A DNA stretch of 64,000 nucleotides from Dipteris shenzhenensis (lineage: Eukaryota), in NCBI GenBank assembly GCA_047967505.1, contig CM106538.1; one strand, given 5' to 3'. Below, piece after piece: positions 48,001 to 59,800 of the stretch. Under the pieces are notes generated by a model. That model did not search any database and was not told the origin of the DNA. It was given only the letters and a program-made list of their open reading frames with translations. Made by a program: the position numbers and the translations under genes. Position 1 is the stretch's first letter. Each line of letters opens with the position of its first letter.

Positions 48001-50547
48001 GGAGGCAGCGCCATCTATTGTATCAGTTCTACAGTAATCAAAATTTTGATTCTCCATACTATCTACTTTTCTTTCTTGCATACGAGATCCTGTTATCTGT
48101 TGACCACAGACATTGTATTGTTTTCTTACACTGTGCACCACAGGGAGGATGCGTGAAGCTTGGCCACAAGAGAGGCCAAATGGGCGTGTCTTTTTACCTC
48201 GTGCACCGTGGAGGTTATCAAAATTAGAGATGGTGGCGGTGTAGCAAGCTATCACTACAATTCTTACTCCCACCGGATGCAGGAGGTGTTTGAAGGGGGT
48301 CTTCACAAAGAGCAAGAAAAGAGGTGTAGAGCAATTATATGGCTTCAAATCTCATGATTGGCACAAGATGCTCCAAGTAAGTATTTTATGTGCATAATAT
48401 CTTTTTCCTTCCAAATTTGTGAGTGAATTAGAAGCAACTAATCAACCATTCCTCGTGTGTTTAGTTCATACTACCTACTAGCATTTCTCGTAGTGCATCG
48501 AAGGACATGAAGGATTGTATTTACAAGATGGGTGAGCTTGTGCGGTACTTTACAGGATAGAAAATGTGAAGCGTATCAATGCTCCATGGAAGGTGTTCAT
48601 ATTGCTAATATGGCATACTTTTTCCAGCTTTCTAGGCATGTGAGCTCAAAGGAAATAGATTCCACCACGCTTGAGAATGCTCAAGTTATGTCAGTGGAGG
48701 TGGTTTGTTTAGTGGAGGAGACATTTCCACGTCCTATTCTCACAAACAACATCTCATAGTGCATTTGGTGGATGAGATTGCTACATGCAGTACTATACAT
48801 GCACGATGGTTGTTCTTGCTCGAGCGCTTCATGAAGATCTTGAAGGGTTTCATGAGACAAAATGCAAGACCTGAAGGTAGCATGGTCGAGGGTTGGTTGG
48901 TACAAGAGTCGCTTGTATATATTTCTAAGTTTCTTGTTGATGTGGATAGCTCTCTCCCCCGACTATGGAGAGGTGATGAAGACCTAAGGATGACCTCTAT
49001 TGTGCCTCAAGGGAAAGGATGCAGCAAAGTAATAGACACAGAGTTGCTTAATAATATCAACCTTTACTGCATGTTGAATAGTGATGTGATGAAAAGATGG
49101 GTGACAAGATATGAGGATGCAAAGGCAAGAAGACAAAGAGAAAGGGCCCTCTTTCGTACACACCACGGATCTCGTGTGCCATACTCTCAGCATCTCAGAG
49201 CACTTCCAAAGGATATTGATGTGGATTGGCTACTTGACGAAATGGAGAGAGCAGAGAGAGATGAGGGGATCCATATTGCAATGGAAGAATGGAAATATTC
49301 TAGGGGATGCATGAACAAGGTCGGTATATAGAATGTTATGCATAAGTTAGGAGCTTTCAACAATTTAGATTTCTTATTTAATTGATTTTGTCTTGGTGTA
49401 GTGTACTATGCTCAATGGTATATGGTGTGAGGGCAAGCATTTTTGAACACAACAGATTGATGATAAGAGAAAAACACAAGATTGCGGCGTCATTGCTAGC
49501 TTTGAGGGAGCCAATGGAGACATGGATGATTATTGTGGTATAATCCTAAATATTATTAAGCTTGACTTTCGACGCTTCTTTGTGTATGTTTTGGATGTGA
49601 AGTGGTTGAAGGATGTTGTGGAAAGATGCCCTAATGCAACAATCAAACGCCATGCAAGTGGCTTTGTAACTATTGACTCCACAAAGTTTTGGCAAAGTAA
49701 GAAGGACACACTAGTACTACAGCAACAATGTGAATAGGTATTGTATACACATATAAAAATATTCACTTTTAAATATTTGATACCCTTGATGCAAGGAAAA
49801 TAAAATGATTGTATTTGTGTTTGAATTATGTTGTCTATCAACCAGTGGAGGATAATAATAGGTGGTGGCATGTCATACCTATTACACCACGTTCCAAAGT
49901 GATGTATAGTACATTTACTAATATGGAGTGTATGGAGGATGATCATGGCCATGGAGGTGATGATGACTGTGATATGAGAGAGGAGGATAATCATGAGATA
50001 GGAGATATAGATATTGAGGCCATTACCCGTGAGCACGAGCCTACCATTGGTGATGCTGATTTCGATGAGCACATGAGTAGCACAAGTAGTAGTGGGCTGA
50101 ATATATTTGTAGATCTCAACACTGGTTTGGATTTTGAAGTAGATAGTTTGGCAAGGGTTGATCTCATTGAGGATGAGATTGAGAACCGTAGCCCATCATT
50201 GATATTGGCAAAACTATTTTACATATTATCTCATTCTCCTCACCTCACTTAATTTTTGTATATGTGGGTTTGCCAAAAAGCATTGATATTTTTGTTAAAA
50301 TTATGTCCTTTGGTAATCATGGGCAATGTTTGGAAAGCAGTGATGTACATTTATCAGCCTGCACCAAAATCTCACTTTCCGTATTCTCTGTTTTGCGTCT
50401 AAATCTGCATCTAATTCACAGTGCAGATGCACTAATAGACACGCTATTAGACACACCCATATTTTCACTATTCTAGCAGCACCTATAGACACGCCCGCTA
50501 TTTTGCACATCTATCAGGCACATCTATAATTGCTTTGTCTTGTTGTG
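45080..50547 (+). mobile_element. CACTA/En-Spm element with multi-exon Tnp2 transposase pseudogene; left TIR missing, right end ...TCTTGTTGTG
   Basis: YKRIHACVNDCVLF..CPTCGEARY; PRSLRLGLGMDGVNPF...WPVILVNYNLPP...DVYLEPLINEL (Transposase_21-like); HLLDPMH; GFKSHDWH; ERFMK.LKG; stops and frameshifts. Confidence 0.93.
47178..48130 (+). mobile_element. Solo LTR (953 bp) inserted in the CACTA transposase
   Basis: TGTTAG...CTTACA ends; TATA-like ctatataag near 47618; flanks CTACG/CTGTG form a degenerate 5-bp TSD; removal restores the transposase frame DLRTTGRMREAWPQERPNGRVFLPRAPW. Confidence 0.8.
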
Positions 50548-53183
50548 GGAGAAGATGAACCTAAACGACACGGACGTCTTCTTCAAAGACATTATCACAA
50601 AGTACTGAAAAAGACCATCTACGATGAATTAAATTTGCTTATCAGACTTTAGCAGCAACTACACGATAAGTAATTCAAAAATAGTAAAAAAAGAAAATCA
50701 AGAATTATACGCTTTAACAACTACAATCAAAACAAAGATCTAGAGAACCATTACAGGGAACTTTCTTTACTATATCTACCTTTCACACTTAGTGAACACC
50801 AGTTGGATGAAGTAAATACTAATTGGCATGACTTATACATTCAAAACAAGGACACAATAGAAATAAACAAATCAAACTTTAATCAAAAGATACTTCCACT
50901 AAATGAGAGCAACAATGCAATTGCAAAATTAGAAACATCATCATTTGGCACAACACACCAACCAATGACGCAAGAATATGATCTGGCATTGGATATGAAC
51001 TTTCAACCAAAAAATGATAAAACTACTATGGCAATACACAAAACATACAAAATAATGGAAAATAAAGAGTACCACGAATGATATCAAAAATTGAATTGCA
51101 GCAGCAACGTTTAATTGTCGATGACATTGCCCTAAAGAAAAGAACCAAACCAAGAGAGCAAATAAAGCTATTTCTTTCGGGGAATTCTAGGATAGGAAAA
51201 ACATAATATGTGCTGTTGCTACTAGTTCAAATGCTGCTTTGACACTACACACACAAGCAAAGAACAACATTAACAACCCAAGGGCACTTCTACTAGCGTA
51301 CACAGGAAAGGCCGCATACAACAGTGGCAAATCTACAATACACTATGCTCTTCATCTACCCCTCCTAACGGCAAAGTATATGGGTTTATCTCCAAACAAG
51401 CTTCAAATGTTAGCAATGCTATATGCAGAGTTAGAATTACTAGTCATCGATGAAATATCATTGGTTGGGCAAAACACACTTACAGCAATTGATATGCGCA
51501 TGCGTGAAATTAAACATAACCGCTCAAAAGCATTTGGAGGTGTAGACATTATATTTTTTGGAGACCTGTGTCAAGCAAGCCCAACAAAAGACAATTGAAT
51601 TTTCACTCAAAAAACAGGGGAATTGACACCAGCAAATACAATTTGGAGAGAGCACATAAAGTACTATGAGCTCCGTCAGCCAATGAGACAATAACATAAA
51701 GAGTACATCCAAATCTTAAATAGAATACGAGTAGGGAAACAAACCAAAAAAGACATCACTACTATAAACAACCAATACCATCAACAACCAATACTCAAAC
51801 AACGTACTCCACACTTATTTTACACATCCTAGATGGAAAAGCTCATTTGCTAAATGCAATAGACAAAAAACATAGCCCGTGTAGCAAATCTATAAAAATA
51901 CCAAATGATCTAAAGAGCACAGTGGGACTTCACCACCAAATACAGCTTAAGGAAGGTATGATCGTTGAAATTTGCTCAAGAAACTTAGATATACTAGACG
52001 GAATAGTAAATGGAGCAGATGGAATTTTCATGAGATATAGTAACCGAAATAACAAGCCTTTCATTTGAGTTCTCTTCAGAGATGAGAAACAGGAAGAAGA
52101 ACACGCTATAACAACAAGGATGCCTATCATGATCTAAACACGCCAATAATATGGACACCAATCACACAAATATAAAGAGAGTTTCAAGTAGGGAAAAACC
52201 AATTAAATGTCATTACAAGAACACAATTCCCAATCCAACCAGCATCAGCAAGAACAATCCATCGATCACAAGGCTTATCATTAGATTCCCTTGCATTTGA
52301 TCCAACAAATATAAGAACACATGGTTTAGTATACACTGCATTGTCAAGAGTACGAGACACAGCGCACTTATACTGACTAAACAAAATTGAACCAAAGCAC
52401 ATCAAAGTCGACAATCATGTATCATAAGAAATTGAAAGACTACAGAACCATTCAGCATGGCAATTTCAACAAATAGATTGGCAAACATTTGAACATAACA
52501 AAATCAATATCCAATCACTAAACACCAGTGCGTCGTTCACAACCCATAAAGAAAATATATTAGTAACAACAAAAAGCCTCATGGAAGCAGACATAATATG
52601 CTTTCAAGAAACACATGCAACAAAAAACAACATACTAGAATTACAAGGATTTCAACATATTCAAAGAGAACAAGGACATGGACTCGCAACATATTATAAA
52701 AAATATATGAAATTAAAAGAAACACATTATAGAATAAAAGAAGGAGCTGAGTGCTTATTGACAATTTTCGAAACACAAAAAAACAAAGAAATTGGAATAT
52801 TTAACGTCTGCAAAAGCCCACGAACTCAAGTAGAAAAAATTATTCAATGCTTGCAAGATTTATATAAGATACCAAAACAAGAAACAATAAATTACATCCT
52901 CGAAGACTTCAACATCAACTACTACAACCAAACAACTCATCTAAAAAAGCTACAACAATTCATGCATCAAATGCATATGACCCAATTAATAACTTCACGA
53001 TCAACTATATATGGATCCACTATAGACCATATTTGGACAAATAACAACATACAAATTATTACCTATGGAACAAACTTTGCCTATTGGTCACATCACTCAA
53101 TTCTTTACACAACAATTTAAAGTAACAAAGCATAAGGGCAGGCCTAAAAAAAGCTAAGATTTTAGGACTGTCTAAATTAGTAG
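50548..53183 (+). mobile_element. Helitron 3' part: degenerate PIF1-family helicase, then APE/EEP endonuclease, then terminal hairpin
   Basis: LFLSGNSRIGKT (decayed Walker A), AYTGKAA, LLVIDEIS, FGGVDIIFFGDLCQ, RTQFPIQPASARTIHRSQGLSL, YTALSRVR; then DIICFQETH...EDFN...TIDHIW...WSHHS; hairpin ggcaggcctaaaa...ttttaggactgtc followed by ttagtag|t. Confidence 0.85.
52581..53120 (+). pseudogene. Apurinic-like (EEP) endonuclease domain of the Helitron
   Basis: QETH, EDFN (from GDFN), IDHIW and SHH (from SDH) motifs; some catalytic residues decayed. Confidence 0.8.
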
Positions 53184-53473
53184 TCAAGAATAATTGTTCT
53201 CGACGTTTCCTGAAGATGACACGTTTCTTCTACACTGGCCAAGCTAGAGTTAAATGATTTCACTTTGTTTTGAAGTACTTTCTCTACATGCCTTGATGCC
53301 CAAGGCGACCCCCCCGCACCTCGAAACTGCACTGATTTGGAATCCAGGCTCCTTTTCCTTCTTTCTTCCTTGAAAATGCAAAAGAGGAATCACTTGATTT
53401 GCAAGCTGATCTACCTTTGTTGACTTCGTGCAGAATAAAACACTCCTTGCTGACTACGGTGCCTCACATGTAA

Positions 53474-54136
53474 ATGCTTTTTCGTGGCTCTCACTTTATC
53501 ATGATTCCATTTAAGCTGGCAATGCGATTGCTCCATGACGCTGTGCGCATAATCTCCCAACTTGACTTCTTTGTCGAAACCACCTACCCGGACGTGTTGC
53601 CAAATAGCTGCTGTTACATGGAGGGAATCGGCAGGACAGCTCAACAGCAACCCCGCATGAAAGTGTCTGGCAAACCACGTTCGTCAAGCTGTGGTTATCG
53701 AGGCGTGCGTAGGCGTCCTTGGGGCAAGTGGGTGTCTGAAATCAGAGAGCCGAAGAAGAGGTCTCGCATATGGTTGGGTTCCTATTCCACACCGCAGGCT
53801 GCTGCTCGTGCATTTGATACTGCTGCAATTTGCTTGCGAGGCCCATATGCTCAGCTAAACTTCCCTGATTCGCCCCCACAAATCTCAGCTGATAGTGCTA
53901 ATTCGTCGAAGTCCATACAGCAAGCAGCGTCTTTGGAAGGTGCTGCATTTGATAAGATGTATGGTACACACTCTGATTCGATGCAGGTCGTCGAAAGGGT
54001 TATCGACCCTGCGATCAAGGCCCTGCAAACTGTGTCCGATCGAACTTCGGAGACTCTGGCCGGCCAGACTGATTCTCAAGCTAAGGTGGATGAAAACTAT
54101 ATAGGAGATTTGGAGGCGTTCTTGTTGAGCAATTGA
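53474..54136 (+). CDS. AP2/ERF transcription factor, DREB subfamily (A-4/A-5-like), intronless; true start may be the ATG at 53618
   Basis: [57 protein letters not shown] with the DREB-diagnostic V14/E19; downstream SKSIQQAA motif; acidic C-terminus; open frame. Confidence 0.93.
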   Translation: MLFRGSHFIMIPFKLAMRLLHDAVRIISQLDFFVETTYPDVLPNSCCYMEGIGRTAQQQPRMKVSGKPRSSSCGYRGVRRRPWGKWVSEIREPKKRSRIWLGSYSTPQAAARAFDTAAICLRGPYAQLNFPDSPPQISADSANSSKSIQQAASLEGAAFDKMYGTHSDSMQVVERVIDPAIKALQTVSDRTSETLAGQTDSQAKVDENYIGDLEAFLLSN

Positions 54137-55145
54137 GGAGCGAGATGTATAGAACGAACAAGTGTGGATGTTCACATTGTGAAAGATATGATTTGGAACG
54201 GCTTGGTGCGTACTATAGATGCCATTATGACGATAGACGTCGTATCAATCCCCTTGCAGTATGTTCACAATGGAATTAGGGCATCTCACACCCCATTGTA
54301 AAATTGCATGAAGATGATAGTACGGCAATAAAATCATGATGTAAAAGTTTTATGCAAGATGGTACTACGGCAATGTAAACGTAAATGTTTACTCCCTCTA
54401 CTAAAATCTTCGTTAGTATGGCAATGTAATCGTGATTTTACATGATACTATGGCAATGTAAACGTAAATGTTATGTACAAACATTACTTACTCCCTCTCC
54501 TTAAATCTCCGCACCACTTCGAGTGTGTTTTTAAGAGGACCCACCCATGAAAAACGAGTGCCCAAGTGGGCTATCCTACGATCCTCACCCTTGAGAAACT
54601 ATAGCCTAAAGTGGGCGACCTTACTATAAACTTGGTGGATAAAACTAGCCATATATTTGGATGTTAGCTCGGTGAATGGCGCTATGGTGTTTTATGTTTC
54701 ATGTAAGCAGGCGGTTATAGATAGTTGGATGTTAGCTCACTAAGTAATAAAAGAGTAGACCACTTTCAATAAATAAAAAAACTAGCCATATATAACTTCA
54801 TAAAATCATGATTTTCATGCACGTAACTTTACCAAATGATGCAGAAAACATGACAAATATCTAAATCACGTCTTGGCATTTGATTTGATATGCTACATGA
54901 TACCATTTGAATTTGTCAATTAAAAGATATAGGTTGGCCATTTTTTACAATCAACATAGACTTTTAAAAAATGGCCATGGCCGGTCAGCAAATGAGCACC
55001 TAATTTTTTACTTTTCTCCTTTAAAAAACACTCTAGCCCTCATTTGTTCAGCACTCATTGTTCTAATCGGAGACACATTTCATTTCATAATGCTTGGTAA
55101 ATGTATGTTATGAATTTTGGGGGTGCACTACTTATAAGTTCCCTA

Positions 55146-55348
55146 TGTATCACGTGCATTCAAGGGGTATTTTAAAAACCCCTCAACTAAAATTTTCCCC
55201 CCAATAAAAACACCCCTCTTTACTTATGAACTAAGTGATTTTCTTCTGAAGTTGAATTTAAAAACACCTCCTGTTACTGCTCTAAACCTATTAAAATTTT
55301 TGAAAAAGCTAAAATAAAATACCCCTCCTTTTGAATGCACGTGGTACA
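55146..55348. mobile_element. Small MITE (about 200 bp)
   Basis: TIRs tgtatcacgtgcattcaa..ggggtatttt / aaaatacccc..ttgaatgcacgtggtaca; flanked by CTA on both sides (possible 3-bp TSD). Confidence 0.7.
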
Positions 55349-55523
55349 CTAAAATTTTATGAGGTGAATCCCTTGAGGCTATGAAAGCCCAAATTATTTG
55401 GGTTTATCTTAGTTTCACGTCAGATGTAACGAATCTCAATTGTTGATTGGCCATTTGTTTCTTGGTGTACCTTATCTTTTAGTGTCCATCCTCAATCAGG
55501 CTATGGTAAGATGCACCAATTTC

Positions 55524-56334
55524 TGTTGAGATATCGAGCTCCACTCGGGGGAAGATTTGGAAGCGTGGCTCAAAGAACTTGAAGATTTCTTTGCCCTACG
55601 AGAGTTTGATGAAGCAGGAAAGGCTAATATCATGGCACTACAGTTACGTGGAGTTGCAAAACTATGGTGGAAGTCGCATGTGCAAATCCGACAACGTCAA
55701 GATTAACCAATCACATGGGCTGAATTCAGAACTGCAGCTAAAAAGAGGTATTGTTCTCCACATTATTATATGGAAAAGAAGATGGAGTTCTATAATTTTA
55801 AGCAAGTACAAGAGGGAAAACATAATCTCTCTATGGATGAGTATAAAGAGAAGTTCCAGCGATTACATAAGTATGCACCTGAGGTCTTAGGTGAAGCTCT
55901 TACTCACGAATTTGTAGAAGGGCTTAAGGAAGATCTTTTATATATGATGAAAGGAACAGGATCAAGTGATTTCTCGGATGCTGTGGCTAAGGCCAAAAAC
56001 TTTGAAGATATGCCAGGGTGACTGTTGTGTACTTATGTCACCGACTTGTTAGCTGGAGATGCGGTTGGTACACCGCCCACAAATAATAGCTGGATGACAG
56101 CTATCCTTATCTACTATAGTTTGTGGCTCAGTTAGTATGCCACCTTAGTTAGTTAAGTTTGGTTTGAGACCCACATATAGGGTTCTTCTATTTCTTTGTA
56201 CTTGAGTTCTTTTGGCTTACACAACTAAGAAGAGGAAAACTGTTTTCAGCCTCCACCTTTGTGTGTATTCCCCCATTTGTGATTGTGAGAAAGCCGCAAG
56301 TGAGACTCCTTCCCTCTCTCCCACAATCTTCACA
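55524..56334 (+). repeat. 5' LTR (353 bp plus a 458-bp foreign insert at 55548-56005)
   Basis: Matches 61203-61555 apart from the insert and four transitions counted by eye. Confidence 0.95.
55548..56005 (+). pseudogene. Ty3/Gypsy gag (capsid) fragment inserted in the Copia 5' LTR
   Basis: GEDLEAWLKELEDFFALREFDEAGKANIMALQLRGVAKLWW...PITWAEFRTAAKKRY...MEFYNFKQ...SMDEYKEKFQRL...FVEGLK, typical retrotransposon gag motifs (L.G.A..WW, TW..F, F..GL). Confidence 0.85.
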
Positions 56335-56877
56335 TGGTATCAGAGCCTTGTTCGTGGTAAAGAGCTCAAGAAAGCAAGCCAAGTTCGTGGTGTCCTGGTA
56401 AGAGGACCAGTGTTGCTTTCCTATTTCAAGTTTGGGAGCAAATCTCTGTAGGTAGCACAGCCAGAAGTGCAGGAGTGCACTGTTTCAGATTGAGACGCCC
56501 TTCGCGGTGTGGCGAGAGCGCAGTATATGCTGCGGGAAAAGGCAAAGCCCTTAGTTACTTTATTTTTCTGATTTGAGGCCGTTTCGGGGCCCGTTTTGAA
56601 GGCGGAAGTTCTTCGCAGGCACTCAGAAAAAGGCCCTGTTTTTTGCTGTGCGACCACTGCGCGACTAGTCGGTGGAAAGGTGCCGCAGAAATTGCATCGT
56701 ATGCCTATGTGCAGAGATATTGGGAGTTGCAGATTCATGCCTATTGCCTGTTGATGCAAAATCGTCACTAGGAAGTGACTGTGTGGTGAAATACCACTCT
56801 CGTCGGTTTTGCAGATCTGCCCGTGTGAGGCAAAAGCTGTTTTTTTGCAGTGACAGAATATTTTGCAGTGTTCTGTA

Positions 56878-59800
56878 ATGGCATCTGATTCTCTTTCACA
56901 GATTGTCACTGAAAAGCTTGACAAGAACAACTTCCAGGCATGGAAGTTTAGAATGACGAATTTCTTGATGGGAAAAGGCTATTGGGAATTCATTACAGGA
57001 AATGAAGAAGAACCTGTTCTTCCTAATGTTCCCAGTCAACAGGAAATGCAGGCATTCAAAGGATGGCATGAGAGAGCCAGGAAAGTTATGTACTGGCTGT
57101 CTATCAGTATTTCGGACTCCATGATTGTGCATATTCAGGATGCAAGTACGCCAAAGGAGGCATGGGATACTTTGGCAAAAATGTATAGCACAAATACGCA
57201 AGCCAGGAAAATGCAACTCAAACAGGAGTTGCACAATGTGCAGAGAGAAAATTTGAGCATAAATGACTACCACATGAAAGTGAAGAAAATTGCAGATGCA
57301 CTTGCTTCCATTGGGTCGCCAGTGGATGATGATGATTTGGTTTCTGTGACCTTGAATGGTCTAGGAAAGGATTATGCACAATTCCGGACATCCATTGCCG
57401 TCCGTGAAAACTTTCCTGATTTTGAGGAGTTGATTGCTCTTCTAATTTCTGAAGAGCAGAGAAATGGGGGTGCATCTTCTTCAGGAGGAACTTCAAAAGA
57501 AACTGTCTTCTACTCAAATGCTGGCAGAGGTAGAGGCAGAGGTAGAGGAGGCCGATCTTCAGGCCATGGTAGAAATCAGAATATGCAGCAAACGCAAGAA
57601 AACCAGTCCTATGCAGGAGGACGTGGTAACTCTAGAGGCAGGGGGAGCCAAAGAGGCCGTGGTGGATGGCAGAGAAGCCAAAATGCAAACAGCAATGTTG
57701 AATGCTACTATTGTGGCAAAATGGGTCATATGGCTAAGGACTGCTATAAAAAGCAGAATGACATTATGAGTGGAAAATTGCAGCAAGGCAATTATGCATC
57801 TTCTAGCAGGCAGGGTGATGACAGAAATGAGCATCTATTTATGGTGCAGCATATGACCAATTCTGTGACAAGTGCAGAAGAACAAAATGATGTGTGGTAT
57901 GTTGACTCAGGTGCGTCAAACCACATGACAGGTCATGCAGAATGGATGCAAGATGCAAGGAAGATGGAAAAGCCAGGATTTGTGGAGACTGGTGATGATA
58001 CTGCACATCCTATTGTGCAGATTGGCAAAATTCCTTTGTCTATGCAGGATGGGAAAAAGAAATACTTGTCTGATGTATTTCATGTCCCGAACATCACCAA
58101 GAACCTGGTTTCTGTTGGTCAGATGGTTGAGCAGGGCTTGCAGGTCAGATTTAATCCTCATGGATGCTTTGTTGAGGATATGAAAAATAATGGTCGCTTG
58201 ATAGCAAAAGGAAAGAAGAAGGGCAGGATGTTTACGTTGGATGCAGACATGCCTAAATTGAGTGCAGCAATGTTTGCACATGGGACCGGTGTAGTTGCAG
58301 ATATTGATATCTGGCACAAACGCATTGGTCATGTTAATATACAGCGACTAAAATCAACGCAAGCCCAAAATATTGTTGCAGGATTGCCTAAATTCAAGGA
58401 TGCAGAAATGCACAAGGTTTGTGAAGCCTGTCAATTTGGGAAACAGGCAAGGAAACCTTTTCCTAGGCATGTTCAAGAGAGTAAAAAGCCATTGGAATTA
58501 ATCCACTCTGATGTGTGGACTACAAAAGCTGCATCTATTGGAGGCTGTCACTATTTTGTCACATTTATTGATGACTTCAGCAGAAAACTGTGGGTGTATT
58601 TTATGAAAAAGAAAAGTGAAGTGTTTGGGCACTTCAAAGCTTTCAAAGCTATGGTTGAAAAAGAAACAGGCCTGCAAATAAAATGCCTAAGGTCAGATGG
58701 AGGGGGAGAGTACCTCTCAAATGAGTTTGCAAGGTTCTTGCAGGAGCATGGTATAAAGCAGCAATATTCATGCAGTCATACCCCACAGCAAAATGGAATT
58801 GCAGAAAGAAAAAACAGGCATATTGGAGAGGTATCTCGAGCTATGCTAAATGAAAAATATCTACCAGATTATTATTGGGCTGAAGCAGTTGCTACAGCAG
58901 TCTATATAATGAACAGGACTCCCACTGCAGCAATACATGGCATGACGCCAGAGGAGATGTATACTGGTAGGAAACCAGATATTTCTCATTTGAAGATTTT
59001 TGGTTGCATTGCCTATGTCCATGTGCCAGATGAGTTGAGGTCCAAGTTGGATCCAAAAGCTGAGAAGTGCATCTTTATTGGTTATTCTCTACAGCAGAAA
59101 GGGTATAGATGCTATAACCCTTCTACACGTAAGTTCACAGTGAGCAGAGATGTTGTTTTTGATGAGATGAGCAACTGGTATAAACCAGTAAATGTGATGA
59201 TTGATGTAGATGCACAAAATGGTAATGCTGCACAGAATGCACAGCAGCAATCACAAAATATCAGTGGACCTGGAGTGTCCTCTACCAGTGGTTCACATAC
59301 TTCGCCATGGACAAGCAGATTGAGATTAGGAGAATCCCCTCAAAGCAATGCAGATAGTGGTACGCAGGTATCACGAAAAGGAAAAGAAAAGGTAGATCAG
59401 CCCATGTTTGATGTGAATGCAGGTCACTCTTATGTGGATGGTGAATCCAGTGGCTCAGAACAGAGCATTGATGATGAGTTGGGTATTCCTTCTGTTGTTA
59501 CACCTGGAGTAAGGAAGACCAAGGATGTTTTGAGAGCACCTGGAAGTGAGCCTATTGTGCGCAGGTCTACCAGGGTTAGGTATCCTGTGGATAGGATGAA
59601 ATATGATGGATTTACAGCCATTCACTATGCCTATATGGTCAAAAAGATACAGGAACCAGAACCCACTTCTTTTGAGCAAGCCATGGGAAATGAAAAATGG
59701 GAGAAAGCCATGGATGAAGAAATGGATGCCTTGGATGCTAATGCTACATGGGAATTGGTGCCTTTGCCTAAAGGCAAGAATGCAATTGGTTGTAAGTGGG

